The translations under genes and the position numbers were made by a program. 64,000 bases of DNA from Escherichia coli (GTDB taxonomy: Bacteria; Pseudomonadota; Gammaproteobacteria; Enterobacterales; Enterobacteriaceae), in assembly GCF_030013205.1 (NCBI RefSeq), contig NZ_CP122648.1. The stretch is one strand, 5' to 3'. The stretch's first letter is position 1. Each line of letters begins with the position of its first letter. This document shows positions 43,083-56,381 of the stretch, in pieces. The notes under the pieces were generated by a model, which saw only the letters and a program-made list of their open reading frames with translations, did no database searches and was not told where the DNA came from.

Positions 43083-44348
43083 ATGAGAAAAATAGTGGCC
43101 ATGGCCGTTATTTGCCTGACGGCTGCCTCTGGCCTTACCTCTGCTTACGCGGCGCAACTGGCTGACGATGAAGCGGGACTACGCATCAGACTGAAAAACG
43201 AATTGCGCAGGGCTGATAAGCCCAGTGCTGGCGCGGGAAGAGATATTTACGCATGGGTACAGGGAGGATTGCTCGATTTCAATAGTGGTTATTATTCCAA
43301 TATTATTGGCGTTGAAGGCGGAGCGTATTATGTTTATAAATTAGGTGCTCGTGCTGATATGAGTACCCGGTGGTATCTTGATGGTGATAAAAGTTTTGGC
43401 TTTGCCCTGGGGGCAGTAAAAATAAAACCCAGTGAAAATAGCCTGCTTAAATTAGGTCGCTTCGGGACGGATTATAGTTATGGTAGCTTACCTTATCGTA
43501 TTCCGTTAATGGCTGGCAGTTCGCAACGTACATTACCGACAGTTTCTGAAGGAGCATTAGGTTACTGGGCTTTAACGCCAAATATTGATCTGTGGGGAAT
43601 GTGGCGTTCACGAGTATTTTTATGGACCGATTCAACAACCGGTATTCGTGATGAAGGGGTTTATAACAGCCAGACGGGAAAATACGATAAACATCGCGCA
43701 CGTTCTTTTTTAGCCGCCAGTTGGCATGATGATACCAGTCGCTATTCTCTGGGAGCATCGGTACAGAAAGATGTTTCCAATCAGATACAAAGTATTCTCG
43801 AGAAAAGCATACCGCTCGACCCGAATTATACGTTGAAAGGGGAGTTGCTCGGCTTTTACGCGCAACTCGAAGGTTTAAGTCGTAATACCAGCCAGCCCAA
43901 TGAAACGGCGTTGGTTAGTGGACAATTGACCTGGAATGCGCCGTGGGGAAGCGTATTTGGCAGTGGTGGTTATTTGCGCCATGCAATGAATGGTGCCGTG
44001 GTGGACACCGACATTGGCTATCCCTTTTCATTAAGTCTTGATCGTAACCGTGAAGGAATGCAGTCCTGGCAATTGGGCGTTAACTATCGTTTAACTCCTC
44101 AATTTACGCTGATATTTGCACCGATTGTGACTCGCGGCTATGAATCCAGTAAACGAGATGTGCGGATTGAAGGCGCGGGTATCTTAGGTGGTATGAACTA
44201 TCGGGTCAGCGAAGGGCCGTTACAAGGGATGAATTTCTTTCTTGCTGCCGATAAAGGGCGGGAAAAGCGCGATGGCAGTACACTGGGCGATCGCCTGAAT
44301 TACTGGGATGTGAAAATGAGTATTCAGTATGACTTTATGCTGAAGTAA
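43083..44348 (+). CDS. uidC: outer-membrane glucuronide porin
   Basis: 421-aa ORF with signal peptide, C-terminal aromatic residue; operon position. Confidence 0.85.
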   Translation: MRKIVAMAVICLTAASGLTSAYAAQLADDEAGLRIRLKNELRRADKPSAGAGRDIYAWVQGGLLDFNSGYYSNIIGVEGGAYYVYKLGARADMSTRWYLDGDKSFGFALGAVKIKPSENSLLKLGRFGTDYSYGSLPYRIPLMAGSSQRTLPTVSEGALGYWALTPNIDLWGMWRSRVFLWTDSTTGIRDEGVYNSQTGKYDKHRARSFLAASWHDDTSRYSLGASVQKDVSNQIQSILEKSIPLDPNYTLKGELLGFYAQLEGLSRNTSQPNETALVSGQLTWNAPWGSVFGSGGYLRHAMNGAVVDTDIGYPFSLSLDRNREGMQSWQLGVNYRLTPQFTLIFAPIVTRGYESSKRDVRIEGAGILGGMNYRVSEGPLQGMNFFLAADKGREKRDGSTLGDRLNYWDVKMSIQYDFMLK

Positions 44349-44355
44349 GAAAAAA

Positions 44356-44385
44356 CGCCGGAGAGAAAAATCTCCGGCATTTTGG
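44356..44385. terminator. hairpin with flanking A/T tracts between convergent uidC and ydgA
   Basis: aaaaacgccggaga-gaaaaa-tctccggcatttt. Confidence 0.65.
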
Positions 44386-44392
44386 CTGTGAA

Positions 44393-45901
44393 TTACTGCT
44401 GCGGAATAGCGGGTACAGCCGGAACATTTAATGCCGGCATCGCAAACATCCCAACAAAATCTTCCAGTGGCATTTTCTGCCCGTTTAACGTGATCTGACC
44501 GTTAGCATATTGCAGGCTGGTGGTGATGGTATTGTCCTGCAAGGTGGTCAGACGGAACATCTGCCCCATTGCTGACGCACCTTCAACTTGCTGTTTCGCC
44601 AGTTTTTTCGCTTGATCTTCCTGATAACCTTCCAGCTTCGCTACCTGAGTCATCAACTCAGTTGCCATATCCACCGGAATGGTCAGTTTCGCATCCAGAG
44701 ATTTAACCGAGCGGTCTACTTCCTGCGCCAGCGTTTGCGGCGCTTCTTTAGTCGTTGCCGGATCTTTCAGGAACAGCGACAGATTCAGCGCACTTTCACC
44801 CTGACTGTTCTTCCAGCTTAGTGGCGCGATAGTAATCACCGGATCGCCTTTCAACATCAGTGGCAGGGCGCTAAAGAAGGCTTCCGTCACTTTCTCCTGA
44901 TAGAGTTCGGGATTGTTGGCAATTTCTGGCTGTGCCAGCAGCGCCTGAGTTTGCGCGTTATATTGCTGGCTAAACTGATGCCAGGCTTCACCATCAATCT
45001 GGCCGACTTTTAAAGTCAGCTTGCCGCTGCCCAGATCCTGATTCTGTACCTTCAGGCTGTTTAGCGAGTAATCCAGTTGGCTATTGATCGTTTTACCGTC
45101 ATTGACCAGATCCGATTTACCGCTGATCTCCATGCCTTCCAGCAGTGCCAGTTCTTTGCCTTCCACTGAAATGGTCATTTTTTCCAGTGACAGTTTTTGA
45201 TTTCCTACGCGCTCACCAAAACTTGCCAGCGTGCTGGAACCGTCGGTTTTCAGATTATTAAAGGTCAACTGTACTTTCTGGTTATATTCGTTAACCGCGT
45301 CTATCCGACCACTTTGCGCCTCCCCGGAAAGGGAGATAGCTTTGCCGTCTCTGTCTGCATTTAACTGGAACTCGCCGCCGCTAAAGGCGACTTTTTCATC
45401 CTTTTGCTCGTAATTCAGTGGCTTGAGCGAAATATCGGAACTGGAATCTCCGCTGTAACCAATGCGGGAGTTAATCTCAAAAGGCGTTTCACCTTTTGCC
45501 ATATCAAACAGTGGCTTGCTAACTTCGTTATTAACCAGCGTGGTTTGAATTGATGCCATCGACGGGATCAGGTTCAGTTTTTTTAGCTGGGCAAGGGGGA
45601 AGGGACCATGATCAACCGATTCGTTGAAGATGACGCTCTGACCACTTTTAATCCACGGATTTTCTTTCCCGGCAATGGGTTTCACCAACAGTTGCAGCTG
45701 ACTGCTGAATACGCCGCGATGATAGTTTTGATAACTCACTTCCAGGTTGGATTCAGGAGCGGTCAGTTTGAGTTGCGCGTTCGCCTGCGCGACCATGTCT
45801 TCGAGATGGGTTTCAATCTTCTTGCCTGTATACCATGCGCCGCCTGTCCAGACTACGCCTAGCGCAACAATGACGCCTACCGCTACCAGCGATTTATTCA
45901 T
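44393..45901 (-). CDS. ydgA: DUF945 periplasmic protein
   Basis: 502-aa ORF with N-terminal signal/anchor; synteny. Confidence 0.85.
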   Translation of the reverse strand: MNKSLVAVGVIVALGVVWTGGAWYTGKKIETHLEDMVAQANAQLKLTAPESNLEVSYQNYHRGVFSSQLQLLVKPIAGKENPWIKSGQSVIFNESVDHGPFPLAQLKKLNLIPSMASIQTTLVNNEVSKPLFDMAKGETPFEINSRIGYSGDSSSDISLKPLNYEQKDEKVAFSGGEFQLNADRDGKAISLSGEAQSGRIDAVNEYNQKVQLTFNNLKTDGSSTLASFGERVGNQKLSLEKMTISVEGKELALLEGMEISGKSDLVNDGKTINSQLDYSLNSLKVQNQDLGSGKLTLKVGQIDGEAWHQFSQQYNAQTQALLAQPEIANNPELYQEKVTEAFFSALPLMLKGDPVITIAPLSWKNSQGESALNLSLFLKDPATTKEAPQTLAQEVDRSVKSLDAKLTIPVDMATELMTQVAKLEGYQEDQAKKLAKQQVEGASAMGQMFRLTTLQDNTITTSLQYANGQITLNGQKMPLEDFVGMFAMPALNVPAVPAIPQQ

Positions 45902-46001
45902 AATGATTATCCATAAAATGAAATCAGGCGGACTGGCCGCCTGAAGGTGTTATAAGCCTTTAATAAGCTTAGCAAGAGATGTTAATTTTTTCAGTAAGCT
46001 C

Positions 46002-47177
46002 TTACAGCTTGTTGTAAACACGCGCTAAACGGCCGTGGCCTTTGACACTCACCGGTGATTCGTTGGCGGCAATAAACGCTGATTCACCCGGTTTAAGCTG
46101 TAACTGCTGAGAACCTTTCCACAGCGTTGCATCGCCTTCGACGCAGAACAAAATGGCGGCACTCTGCTGGCTGATGGTGGTTTCTTTATCACTAAGGTCA
46201 TGCAGCGAGAAGGCAAAATCATCCACAGGAATCGGGAAGTCCAGTTCTGCACCTTGTTTCACCGGCTGGGTCAACAACTGGTTAGCCGGTTTGGCTTCGA
46301 ACTTCACATTGGCAACCAGTTCCGGAATATCAATGTATTTAGGCGTCAGACCCGCACGCAGCACGTTATCGGAGTTCGCCATCACTTCCAGCGCCACGCC
46401 TTGCAGGTAAGCGTGCGGTGTTTCAGCGAACAGGAACATCGCTTCGCCAGGATTCAATTTCACCACATTCAGCAACAGCGGGGAGAACAGACCGCTGTCA
46501 TCCGGGTAAAATTCAGAAATTAAACGAATTGTTTGCCACGGTTCACCCTGCTGGCTGTCAAGGGCCGATTTTAAAATCGCCAGCGCGCGGGATTTTTCTT
46601 CACCCTGCATATTCAACAGGCTGGCGAACAGTTCGCTTAAACGTTCGGCATCAGGCTGTTGTAAAAAGTGAGCAATCGCCGGATGTGCACCTGCGACCGG
46701 CTGGAGCAGGGAGACAATCTCGGAAAACTCACGAAACGCGTTCATCGCAAGGAAAGGCGTCAGCGCAAAAACCAGCTCCGGCTTGTGGTTAGGATCTTTA
46801 TAGTTACGCTCGGCGGCATCCATCGGAATACCTGCGGCATTTTCTTTGGCAAAACCGATTTCAGAATTGCGTTTGTTTGGATGAACCTGAATGGAGAGCG
46901 GCTGTGCTGCGCATAATACTTTGAACAGGAAAGGCAGTTCGCCAAAGCGTTTGGCAACGGCCTCTCCGAGCAGAGTCGATTTATTACTCTCAATCACATC
47001 ACGCAGTGAAACGATATCTCCGGCGGCATTCTGCACCCGTGAACTGCTTCTCGGATGTGCGCCCATCCACAGCTCGGCCATCGGCTGGCTGGACGGATTT
47101 TCCATGCCATAAAGTTCAGTCAACGCCGTTTTGCTGCCCCAGGCATAGTTTTGCACTGAGTTAATGAGTTTTTGCAT
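46002..47177 (-). CDS. manA: mannose-6-phosphate isomerase
   Basis: ORF trimmed to MQKLINSVQNYAWGS (391 aa). Confidence 0.95.
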   Translation of the reverse strand: MQKLINSVQNYAWGSKTALTELYGMENPSSQPMAELWMGAHPRSSSRVQNAAGDIVSLRDVIESNKSTLLGEAVAKRFGELPFLFKVLCAAQPLSIQVHPNKRNSEIGFAKENAAGIPMDAAERNYKDPNHKPELVFALTPFLAMNAFREFSEIVSLLQPVAGAHPAIAHFLQQPDAERLSELFASLLNMQGEEKSRALAILKSALDSQQGEPWQTIRLISEFYPDDSGLFSPLLLNVVKLNPGEAMFLFAETPHAYLQGVALEVMANSDNVLRAGLTPKYIDIPELVANVKFEAKPANQLLTQPVKQGAELDFPIPVDDFAFSLHDLSDKETTISQQSAAILFCVEGDATLWKGSQQLQLKPGESAFIAANESPVSVKGHGRLARVYNKL

Positions 47178-47375
47178 GATCAATCCCTGTTTTAATGTGG
47201 AAATTAATCCCGCTATTAAAGCAAGAATCCTACGGGAAGTAACCTGGAGCCGCAAAAAGTCGTACTAGTCTCAGTTTTTGTTAAAAAAGTGTGTAGGATA
47301 TTGTTACTCGCTTTTAACAGGGCAACGGAACACCCGCCCAGAGCATAACCAAACCAGGCAGTAAGTGAGAGAACA

Positions 47376-49022
47376 ATGTCAAACAAACCCTTTCATTATC
47401 AGGCTCCTTTTCCACTCAAAAAAGATGATACTGAGTATTACCTGCTAACCAGCGAACACGTTAGCGTATCTGAATTTGAAGGGCAGGAGATTTTGAAAGT
47501 CGCACCCGAAGCGTTAACTTTGTTGGCGCGTCAGGCGTTTCATGATGCGTCATTTATGCTGCGTCCGGCTCACCAACAACAGGTGGCCGACATTCTGCGT
47601 GACCCGGAAGCCAGCGAAAATGATAAATATGTGGCGCTGCAATTCCTGCGCAACTCCGACATCGCGGCGAAAGGCGTTCTGCCAACCTGTCAGGATACCG
47701 GCACCGCGATTATTGTTGGCAAAAAAGGGCAGCGTGTATGGACCGGTGGCGGTGATGAAGCGGCGCTGGCACGCGGTGTCTATAACACTTATAGCGAAGA
47801 TAATCTGCGCTACTCGCAAAACGCGCCGCTGGATATGTATAAAGAGGTGAATACCGGTACCAACTTGCCGGCGCAGATCGATCTTTATGCCGTTGATGGC
47901 GACGAGTACAAATTCCTCTGTATCGCCAAAGGTGGCGGTTCGGCAAACAAGACGTATCTGTATCAGGAAACCAAAGCGTTACTGACGCCGGGAAAACTGA
48001 AAAATTACCTGGTTGAGAAAATGCGCACGCTGGGTACGGCAGCCTGTCCTCCCTATCATATTGCATTTGTGATTGGTGGAACTTCTGCGGAAACGAACCT
48101 TAAAACGGTGAAACTGGCTTCCGCTAAATACTATGATGAACTGCCAACGGAAGGGAATGAGCACGGACAGGCGTTCCGCGATGTGGAACTGGAAAAAGAA
48201 TTGCTGATCGAAGCGCAAAATCTTGGTCTGGGTGCGCAGTTTGGTGGTAAATACTTCGCTCACGACATCCGCGTGATTCGCCTGCCACGTCACGGCGCAT
48301 CCTGCCCGGTCGGAATGGGCGTCTCCTGTTCTGCTGACCGTAATATCAAAGCGAAGATCAATCGTCAGGGGATCTGGATCGAAAAACTGGAACATAATCC
48401 AGGCAAATATATTCCGGAAGAGCTGCGCAAAACGGGAGAAGGCGAAGCGGTGCGCGTTGACCTTAACCGTCCGATGAAAGAGATCCTCGCACAGTTGTCG
48501 CAGTACCCCGTTTCTACACGCTTATCGCTTAACGGCACGATTATCGTTGGTCGTGATATTGCTCACGCCAAACTGAAAGAGCGGATGGATAACGGTGAAG
48601 GGCTGCCGCAGTACATTAAAGATCATCCGATTTACTACGCGGGTCCGGCCAAAACGCCGGAAGGTTATGCCTCCGGTTCTCTTGGCCCAACGACCGCCGG
48701 ACGGATGGATTCTTATGTCGATCAACTGCAAGCGCAGGGCGGAAGTATGATCATGCTGGCGAAAGGCAACCGCAGCCAGCAGGTGACGGATGCCTGTAAA
48801 AAACACGGCGGCTTCTACCTTGGCAGTATCGGTGGTCCGGCCGCTGTATTGGCGCAGGGTAGTATTAAGAGCCTGGAATGTGTTGAATATCCGGAACTGG
48901 GAATGGAAGCCATCTGGAAAATTGAAGTGGAAGATTTCCCGGCGTTTATCCTTGTGGATGATAAAGGAAATGACTTCTTCCAGCAGATACAACTCACACA
49001 GTGCACCCGCTGTGTGAAATAA
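47376..49022 (+). CDS. fumA: fumarate hydratase class I (aerobic)
   Basis: 548-aa ORF recognised as FumA. Confidence 0.95.
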   Translation: MSNKPFHYQAPFPLKKDDTEYYLLTSEHVSVSEFEGQEILKVAPEALTLLARQAFHDASFMLRPAHQQQVADILRDPEASENDKYVALQFLRNSDIAAKGVLPTCQDTGTAIIVGKKGQRVWTGGGDEAALARGVYNTYSEDNLRYSQNAPLDMYKEVNTGTNLPAQIDLYAVDGDEYKFLCIAKGGGSANKTYLYQETKALLTPGKLKNYLVEKMRTLGTAACPPYHIAFVIGGTSAETNLKTVKLASAKYYDELPTEGNEHGQAFRDVELEKELLIEAQNLGLGAQFGGKYFAHDIRVIRLPRHGASCPVGMGVSCSADRNIKAKINRQGIWIEKLEHNPGKYIPEELRKTGEGEAVRVDLNRPMKEILAQLSQYPVSTRLSLNGTIIVGRDIAHAKLKERMDNGEGLPQYIKDHPIYYAGPAKTPEGYASGSLGPTTAGRMDSYVDQLQAQGGSMIMLAKGNRSQQVTDACKKHGGFYLGSIGGPAAVLAQGSIKSLECVEYPELGMEAIWKIEVEDFPAFILVDDKGNDFFQQIQLTQCTRCVK

Positions 49023-49026
49023 ACAG

Positions 49027-49051
49027 AGCCGCCCTTCGGGGCGGTTTTTTT
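49027..49051 (+). terminator. Rho-independent terminator after fumA
   Basis: gccgccc-ttcg-gggcggt followed by T7. Confidence 0.65.
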
Positions 49052-49164
49052 ACATGGCACGAAAGACCAAACATTTGTTATCAAATAGTAAATAATGAGT
49101 GAGCTAAAAGTTGCTTAACGAAAGCAAAACAGAAAGAAAAAATTAATCAGGTGAGGAGCAGGCC

Positions 49165-51527
<2,363 letters not shown>

Positions 51528-51569
51528 TTATAGCACAGTGGTGGTGACTTGACCACCGTGCGCGTAATG

Positions 51570-52871
51570 TCAAACAGAGGTAAATTGCGGGATGTTATGC
51601 CATAACGGCCAGCTAAACAAGAAGCGGGCACCACCCAGTTCGCTGGTGTCACAATTAACCGTACCGCCCATTGCCAGTGCTATAGAGTGGACAATTGCCA
51701 ACCCCAGCCCGCAGCCGCCGGTTGAGCGATCCCGGCTGGGATCGAGTCGAACAAAAGGTTCAAAGATATGTTCGCGGTTTTCAGGGGCAATCCCTGGGCC
51801 ATCATCCTCAACAATTAATGTCGCTCTATTCCCCGACAGTAGCAGGCTGGTTTCAACCGTTGAGTGACAGTAGCGCAGGGCGTTATTGAGCAAATTATCC
51901 AGCACGCGCTCCATTAAGCGCATATCCAACGCCGCATAATGGCCTTGCATGAGCGTTTTTATCCGTACCATTTTATCGGGCGTTACTGCCTGAATATCTG
52001 CCAGATGCGTTGACAGCCATAACGGCAGGTCTGGTTCGCTAAGATGAAGCTCATTTTGTGGGCGATCGAGTCGGGCATAAGTTAGCAACTCTTCAATTAA
52101 AGCTTCAAGTTGACTGATATCACGATTCAATGCCTGGGATTCGGCGGCGCTCAGGTTATCACTCATCTCCTGTCGATAACGCAAGCGCACTAACGGCGTT
52201 CGCAGTTCGTGAGCGATTCCGTCAATAAGCTGTTTTTTGCTGGCTATCAAGGCGTTGATATTGTCCGCCATCTGGTTAAATGCGACGCCAAGGCGTTCAA
52301 AGCTCGAACCCTCATCAAAGTGGATACGTTCATTGAGATGCCCATCGCCAAATCGTTGCGCCGCTGCTTCCAGTTTTAACATATCCTGCCAGTGCGGACG
52401 CATCCAGATAAACACCGGAAAGGCGAGGGAAATGGCAATAAAAGCGATCAGGGCGATATCCAGCAATCGCATCTGATGGAGGTAATAAAGATAAGGAACA
52501 GGACCAACTGCCAGCACGTAGTGGCTGCGCGGGATACGTTGCAAAAACGTGTACTGATCGTCCAGGGCGACAATTTCGCCGCCACGCAGCCGGTGCATGG
52601 AAATATCATCAAGATGGTATTTACTCAGTGGCTCGACTCGCAGATCGAAAGAGAGATTTAAATCCATCTCCTTCAGCGTCTTACCCCAATCGTGTGGGGG
52701 GATCTCACGCAATTCGCTGCGCATCAGATACAGCGAACTGTTCATCAAATCATCCAGCGACTGTTTGCCCGCGCGTTCGGCGGTAAATTTGTACACCAGC
52801 CCAACCAGCAGAGACATCACAAGGAAGCAGACAAACAATAACAGGTAAAACTGGATAAACAGTTTTTTCAT
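51570..52871 (-). CDS. rstB: sensor histidine kinase RstB
   Basis: 433-aa ORF with TM segments, H-box and ATPase motifs. Confidence 0.9.
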   Translation of the reverse strand: MKKLFIQFYLLLFVCFLVMSLLVGLVYKFTAERAGKQSLDDLMNSSLYLMRSELREIPPHDWGKTLKEMDLNLSFDLRVEPLSKYHLDDISMHRLRGGEIVALDDQYTFLQRIPRSHYVLAVGPVPYLYYLHQMRLLDIALIAFIAISLAFPVFIWMRPHWQDMLKLEAAAQRFGDGHLNERIHFDEGSSFERLGVAFNQMADNINALIASKKQLIDGIAHELRTPLVRLRYRQEMSDNLSAAESQALNRDISQLEALIEELLTYARLDRPQNELHLSEPDLPLWLSTHLADIQAVTPDKMVRIKTLMQGHYAALDMRLMERVLDNLLNNALRYCHSTVETSLLLSGNRATLIVEDDGPGIAPENREHIFEPFVRLDPSRDRSTGGCGLGLAIVHSIALAMGGTVNCDTSELGGARFLFSWPLWHNIPQFTSV

Positions 52872-52874
52872 CGC

Positions 52875-53594
52875 TTATTCCCATGCATGAGGCGCAAAAA
52901 GATAGCCTTTGTTACGCACAGTTTTAATGCGATAAGGTTCTGCGGCGTTATCGAGCAGTTTTTTTCTTAACCGCGAAATAGCCACGTCCACGCTACGATC
53001 CAGTCCGTCATAACTGACGCCGCGTAAATTTTTCAGCAATGCATCGCGGTCCATGATTTGCCCGGCATGGGTAGCTAATTCCCACAATAATTCGAAATCA
53101 GCTGTCGAGAGCGAGATTTCAGTGTTAGCCAGGGTGACTACGCGGTTGATAGGATCGATGGTCAACGTGCCGAAATGCAGGGCTTTGTAGGGAGTCAGTG
53201 ACGTTTCCTGAAGACCTTTGGTCAGCGTGGCTTGCTCATTCTGACGCAAATGCAAACGTAAACGCGCTAACAAAACAGCAGGGGGCGTCGTTTTGAGAAT
53301 ATAGTCGCAGGCACCCATTTCCAGTGCCAGGATGTGGTTCATATCGCTATCGAGAGAGGTTAGAAGAACAATCGGTCCGGACCACTTTGCGCGTAAATCA
53401 CGACAAATGGTCATGCCGTCCTTGCCTGGTAGCATGATGTCGAGTAACACCAAATCCGGATTTTCTCGCAGAATAGTTTCTTCGGCCTGGTCGCCGCGCG
53501 GCTCTACGGTAACCTGCATATCATGTTTTGCCAGGTACGCGGCAATCAGTGAACCGACTTCCGCATCATCTTCCACAAATACGATAGTGTTCAT
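52875..53594 (-). CDS. rstA: OmpR-family response regulator RstA
   Basis: ORF trimmed to MNTIVFVEDD (239 aa). Confidence 0.9.
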   Translation of the reverse strand: MNTIVFVEDDAEVGSLIAAYLAKHDMQVTVEPRGDQAEETILRENPDLVLLDIMLPGKDGMTICRDLRAKWSGPIVLLTSLDSDMNHILALEMGACDYILKTTPPAVLLARLRLHLRQNEQATLTKGLQETSLTPYKALHFGTLTIDPINRVVTLANTEISLSTADFELLWELATHAGQIMDRDALLKNLRGVSYDGLDRSVDVAISRLRKKLLDNAAEPYRIKTVRNKGYLFAPHAWE

Positions 53595-53722
53595 ATTATT
53601 CACGGTAGATATAAAAACGTCACAATACACCGCGCTGTTTTTACTTACTATCAATCGTTTCTAAACAAGTTTTCATCAGGTATTCTACTGATGACTTGTT
53701 ATGGAAGTGTTAAGGTAAAAAG

Positions 53723-54058
53723 ATGGGGCTGGTAATCAAAGCCGCGCTCGGTGCGCTGGTAGTGCTGTTGATTGGTGTTTTAGCAAAAACGAAAAATTAT
53801 TATATCGCCGGGCTGATTCCACTTTTCCCGACCTTTGCGCTCATCGCGCATTATATTGTTGCCAGCGAACGCGGCATTGAAGCCTTACGCGCAACCATCA
53901 TTTTTAGCATGTGGTCAATTATTCCCTATTTTGTTTACCTGGCGTCGCTGTGGTATTTCACCGGAATGATGCGCTTGCCCGCCGCTTTTGTTGGTTCTGT
54001 TGCGTGTTGGGGGATAAGCGCATGGGTGTTGATTATATGCTGGATAAAGCTGCATTAA
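53723..54058 (+). CDS. ydgC: GlpM-family inner-membrane protein
   Basis: 111-aa hydrophobic ORF; synteny. Confidence 0.8.
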   Translation: MGLVIKAALGALVVLLIGVLAKTKNYYIAGLIPLFPTFALIAHYIVASERGIEALRATIIFSMWSIIPYFVYLASLWYFTGMMRLPAAFVGSVACWGISAWVLIICWIKLH

Positions 54059-54777
54059 CGCAGATGACGACCGCCATCAAGAGGGAAACTGCGTCCGGTG
54101 ACAAAGCAGCTGGTAAGTAAGTAATCGACCAGGTCGATTACTTCTTTCTCGCCAGGCGCGGTTTTCATCAGTGATTTATTCAGCGCCTGTTGTCGATATT
54201 CGGCATCATCATGTTCATTAAACAGGATCAGCGATGGCGCAATAGAATTCACTTTCACTTCCGGTGCCAGCTTGCGGGCAAACGAGCGAGTCATATTATC
54301 CAGTGCCGCTTTGCTTGCAGCATAGGCAATATGTTTGTCGCTACCGCGCTCCACCACATAATCGGTAAAGTGAATGATATCGCTGGCGGCGTGTCCGTGC
54401 CCACGCAGTAATCTTTCCAGAGCATGGTTGAGCAGATATGGGGTATTAACGTGGATCTGCATCATGCAAGCCAGTACGTCGGTCAGTGGTGTACCTGGTT
54501 TTTCTGCCATCCACGCGCTGGCGTTATGCAAAATAGCACGCAGGCCATGGGTGCTTTTTAGTACTTCATCGGCAAACGCCATCACACCGTCGTTGGTCGA
54601 AAAATCAGCCTGAATACACTGCGCACCTGCCTTAATCAGTCCATCAATGGCTGGATAGTGCGTCCGATAGCTGATAATCACCGGTTGCTTTTGATTAATG
54701 AAATGCCAGGCGAGTGCGAGGCCGATGCGACGACCTCCGCCAGTAATTAATATTGGCAAGGGCTGGGCTTTACCCAT
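54055..54777 (-). CDS. folM: dihydromonapterin reductase (SDR family)
   Basis: 240-aa ORF with N-terminal ITGGGRRIG Rossmann motif. Confidence 0.9.
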   Translation of the reverse strand: MGKAQPLPILITGGGRRIGLALAWHFINQKQPVIISYRTHYPAIDGLIKAGAQCIQADFSTNDGVMAFADEVLKSTHGLRAILHNASAWMAEKPGTPLTDVLACMMQIHVNTPYLLNHALERLLRGHGHAASDIIHFTDYVVERGSDKHIAYAASKAALDNMTRSFARKLAPEVKVNSIAPSLILFNEHDDAEYRQQALNKSLMKTAPGEKEVIDLVDYLLTSCFVTGRSFPLDGGRHLR

Positions 54778-54813
54778 CGTTATCTCCTTTGCTATCCAAC
54801 GATGGGATGAACG

Positions 54814-56196
54814 TTATCCCACCAGCATCCAGGTCGCCGGAACTGAGGCAATTAACAGCATGCCAATTAGCACCATTTCCTGACGGTTCAGTACGTTATC
54901 ATGTGTATGCGTTTTACGCGCATACAGGAAAACCAGCAGCCCCGGCGCATACAGAACAACGGATAACAGCAAGTGCATTGGACCAGAGGCGTACAATAAC
55001 CATAAGCCATAAATGCAGGCACCGACACCTACCGCTTTATGCAGTGGACGGGTTGCGATTTTCAGCAAGAACGCGCCGACCAGGAAATAGGGCACCAGAA
55101 TCATTTCTGAGGCGATGGTCAGCAACGTGTTGTAATCGGAACCGGTCAGCCAGATGAGTACCAGACAAATTTGCACGCAGATGTTGGTCAACCACAGTGA
55201 GGCGGATGGCGCAGCTTGTGCGTTCTGGCGCGCAAAAATGCGCGGGAATGCTTTATGAGTGGCGGCCAGGAACGGAACTTCTGCCGCCATGATGGTCCAG
55301 CTTAAGTACGCGCCGCAAACGGAAACGATCAAACCGGCAGCGATGATGATTTCGCCCCATGGTCCCATCATTTCCACCATCAGACCGGCCATTGACGGGT
55401 TACGAATTTCAGCCAGTTCAGGACGTGCCACCACGCCCAGCGAAAGCAGCGTTACCAGCAAGTAAACGCCCAGAGCGGAGAGAACCGCCAGCAGTGTCGC
55501 TTTGCCAACATCACGTTTATTACGCGCACGCGCAGAAACAACCACGGCACCTTCCACACCAATGAAAACCCACAGGGTGATCAGCATGGTGTTTTTCACC
55601 TGTTCCCAAACGGGTACGCCAAGTGCAAGTCCGGTGAAGTCGAGCTTGAAGGTATCCAGTTTGAACATCATCATCGCCAACACAACAAACAGACCCAGCG
55701 GCAACAGTTTTGCCAGTGTTGCCACCAGGTTAATGCTGGCAGCGGTTTGCACCCCGCGCAGGATCAAAAAGTGAACAATCCACAATAAAGCCGATGCACC
55801 GACGATCGATTGCCAGGTATTACCATCGCCAAACAGGCGCAATTCCGGCGTGTCCGTAAAAAAGCTTAACGCGGAAAAAACGATCACCAGATAGGAGACG
55901 TTGGCGATGACCGCGCACAGCCAGTATCCCCATGCGGAACAAAAGCCGATTAGCTCGCCAAACCCTTCGCGGGCATAGGTAAAGATACCGCCGTCAAGTT
56001 CGGGACGAATGCGCGTGAGGATCAGCATGGCAAAGGCCAGCAATAAAATGCCTGCGCCAGTAATACCCCAGCCGATGAGCAGTGCTGCCGGGCTGGCAAC
56101 TGCCGCCATATTTTGCGGCAGACTGAAAACACCCGCGCCCAGCATTGAGCTTAATACCAGCGCGGTGAGTGCGCTCAGTCCCAGTTTCTTTTCCAT
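54814..56196 (-). CDS. ydgI: APC-family amino acid antiporter (putative arginine:ornithine antiporter)
   Basis: 460-aa polytopic ORF; synteny. Confidence 0.85.
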   Translation of the reverse strand: MEKKLGLSALTALVLSSMLGAGVFSLPQNMAAVASPAALLIGWGITGAGILLLAFAMLILTRIRPELDGGIFTYAREGFGELIGFCSAWGYWLCAVIANVSYLVIVFSALSFFTDTPELRLFGDGNTWQSIVGASALLWIVHFLILRGVQTAASINLVATLAKLLPLGLFVVLAMMMFKLDTFKLDFTGLALGVPVWEQVKNTMLITLWVFIGVEGAVVVSARARNKRDVGKATLLAVLSALGVYLLVTLLSLGVVARPELAEIRNPSMAGLMVEMMGPWGEIIIAAGLIVSVCGAYLSWTIMAAEVPFLAATHKAFPRIFARQNAQAAPSASLWLTNICVQICLVLIWLTGSDYNTLLTIASEMILVPYFLVGAFLLKIATRPLHKAVGVGACIYGLWLLYASGPMHLLLSVVLYAPGLLVFLYARKTHTHDNVLNRQEMVLIGMLLIASVPATWMLVG

Positions 56197-56333
56197 CGAT
56201 ATCCAGTGATTAAAACGTGATAAGAAGAATAAATATTAGGGCAAAACGCATAAAAATGGAGTTTGCCACTGAAGCGCGGGATTTTACGAAGAGATGTGTC
56301 TGCATGCAATGGTCGCGGGGAAATTTGTGACTA

Positions 56334-56363
56334 AAAATGCGAAAGGCGGCATCAAGCCGCCTT
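56334..56363 (-). terminator. Rho-independent terminator downstream of ydgH
   Basis: On minus strand: aaggcggc-ttgat-gccgcctt followed by tcgcattttt. Confidence 0.6.
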
Positions 56364-56381
56364 ATAGGAGTAACTGAATAG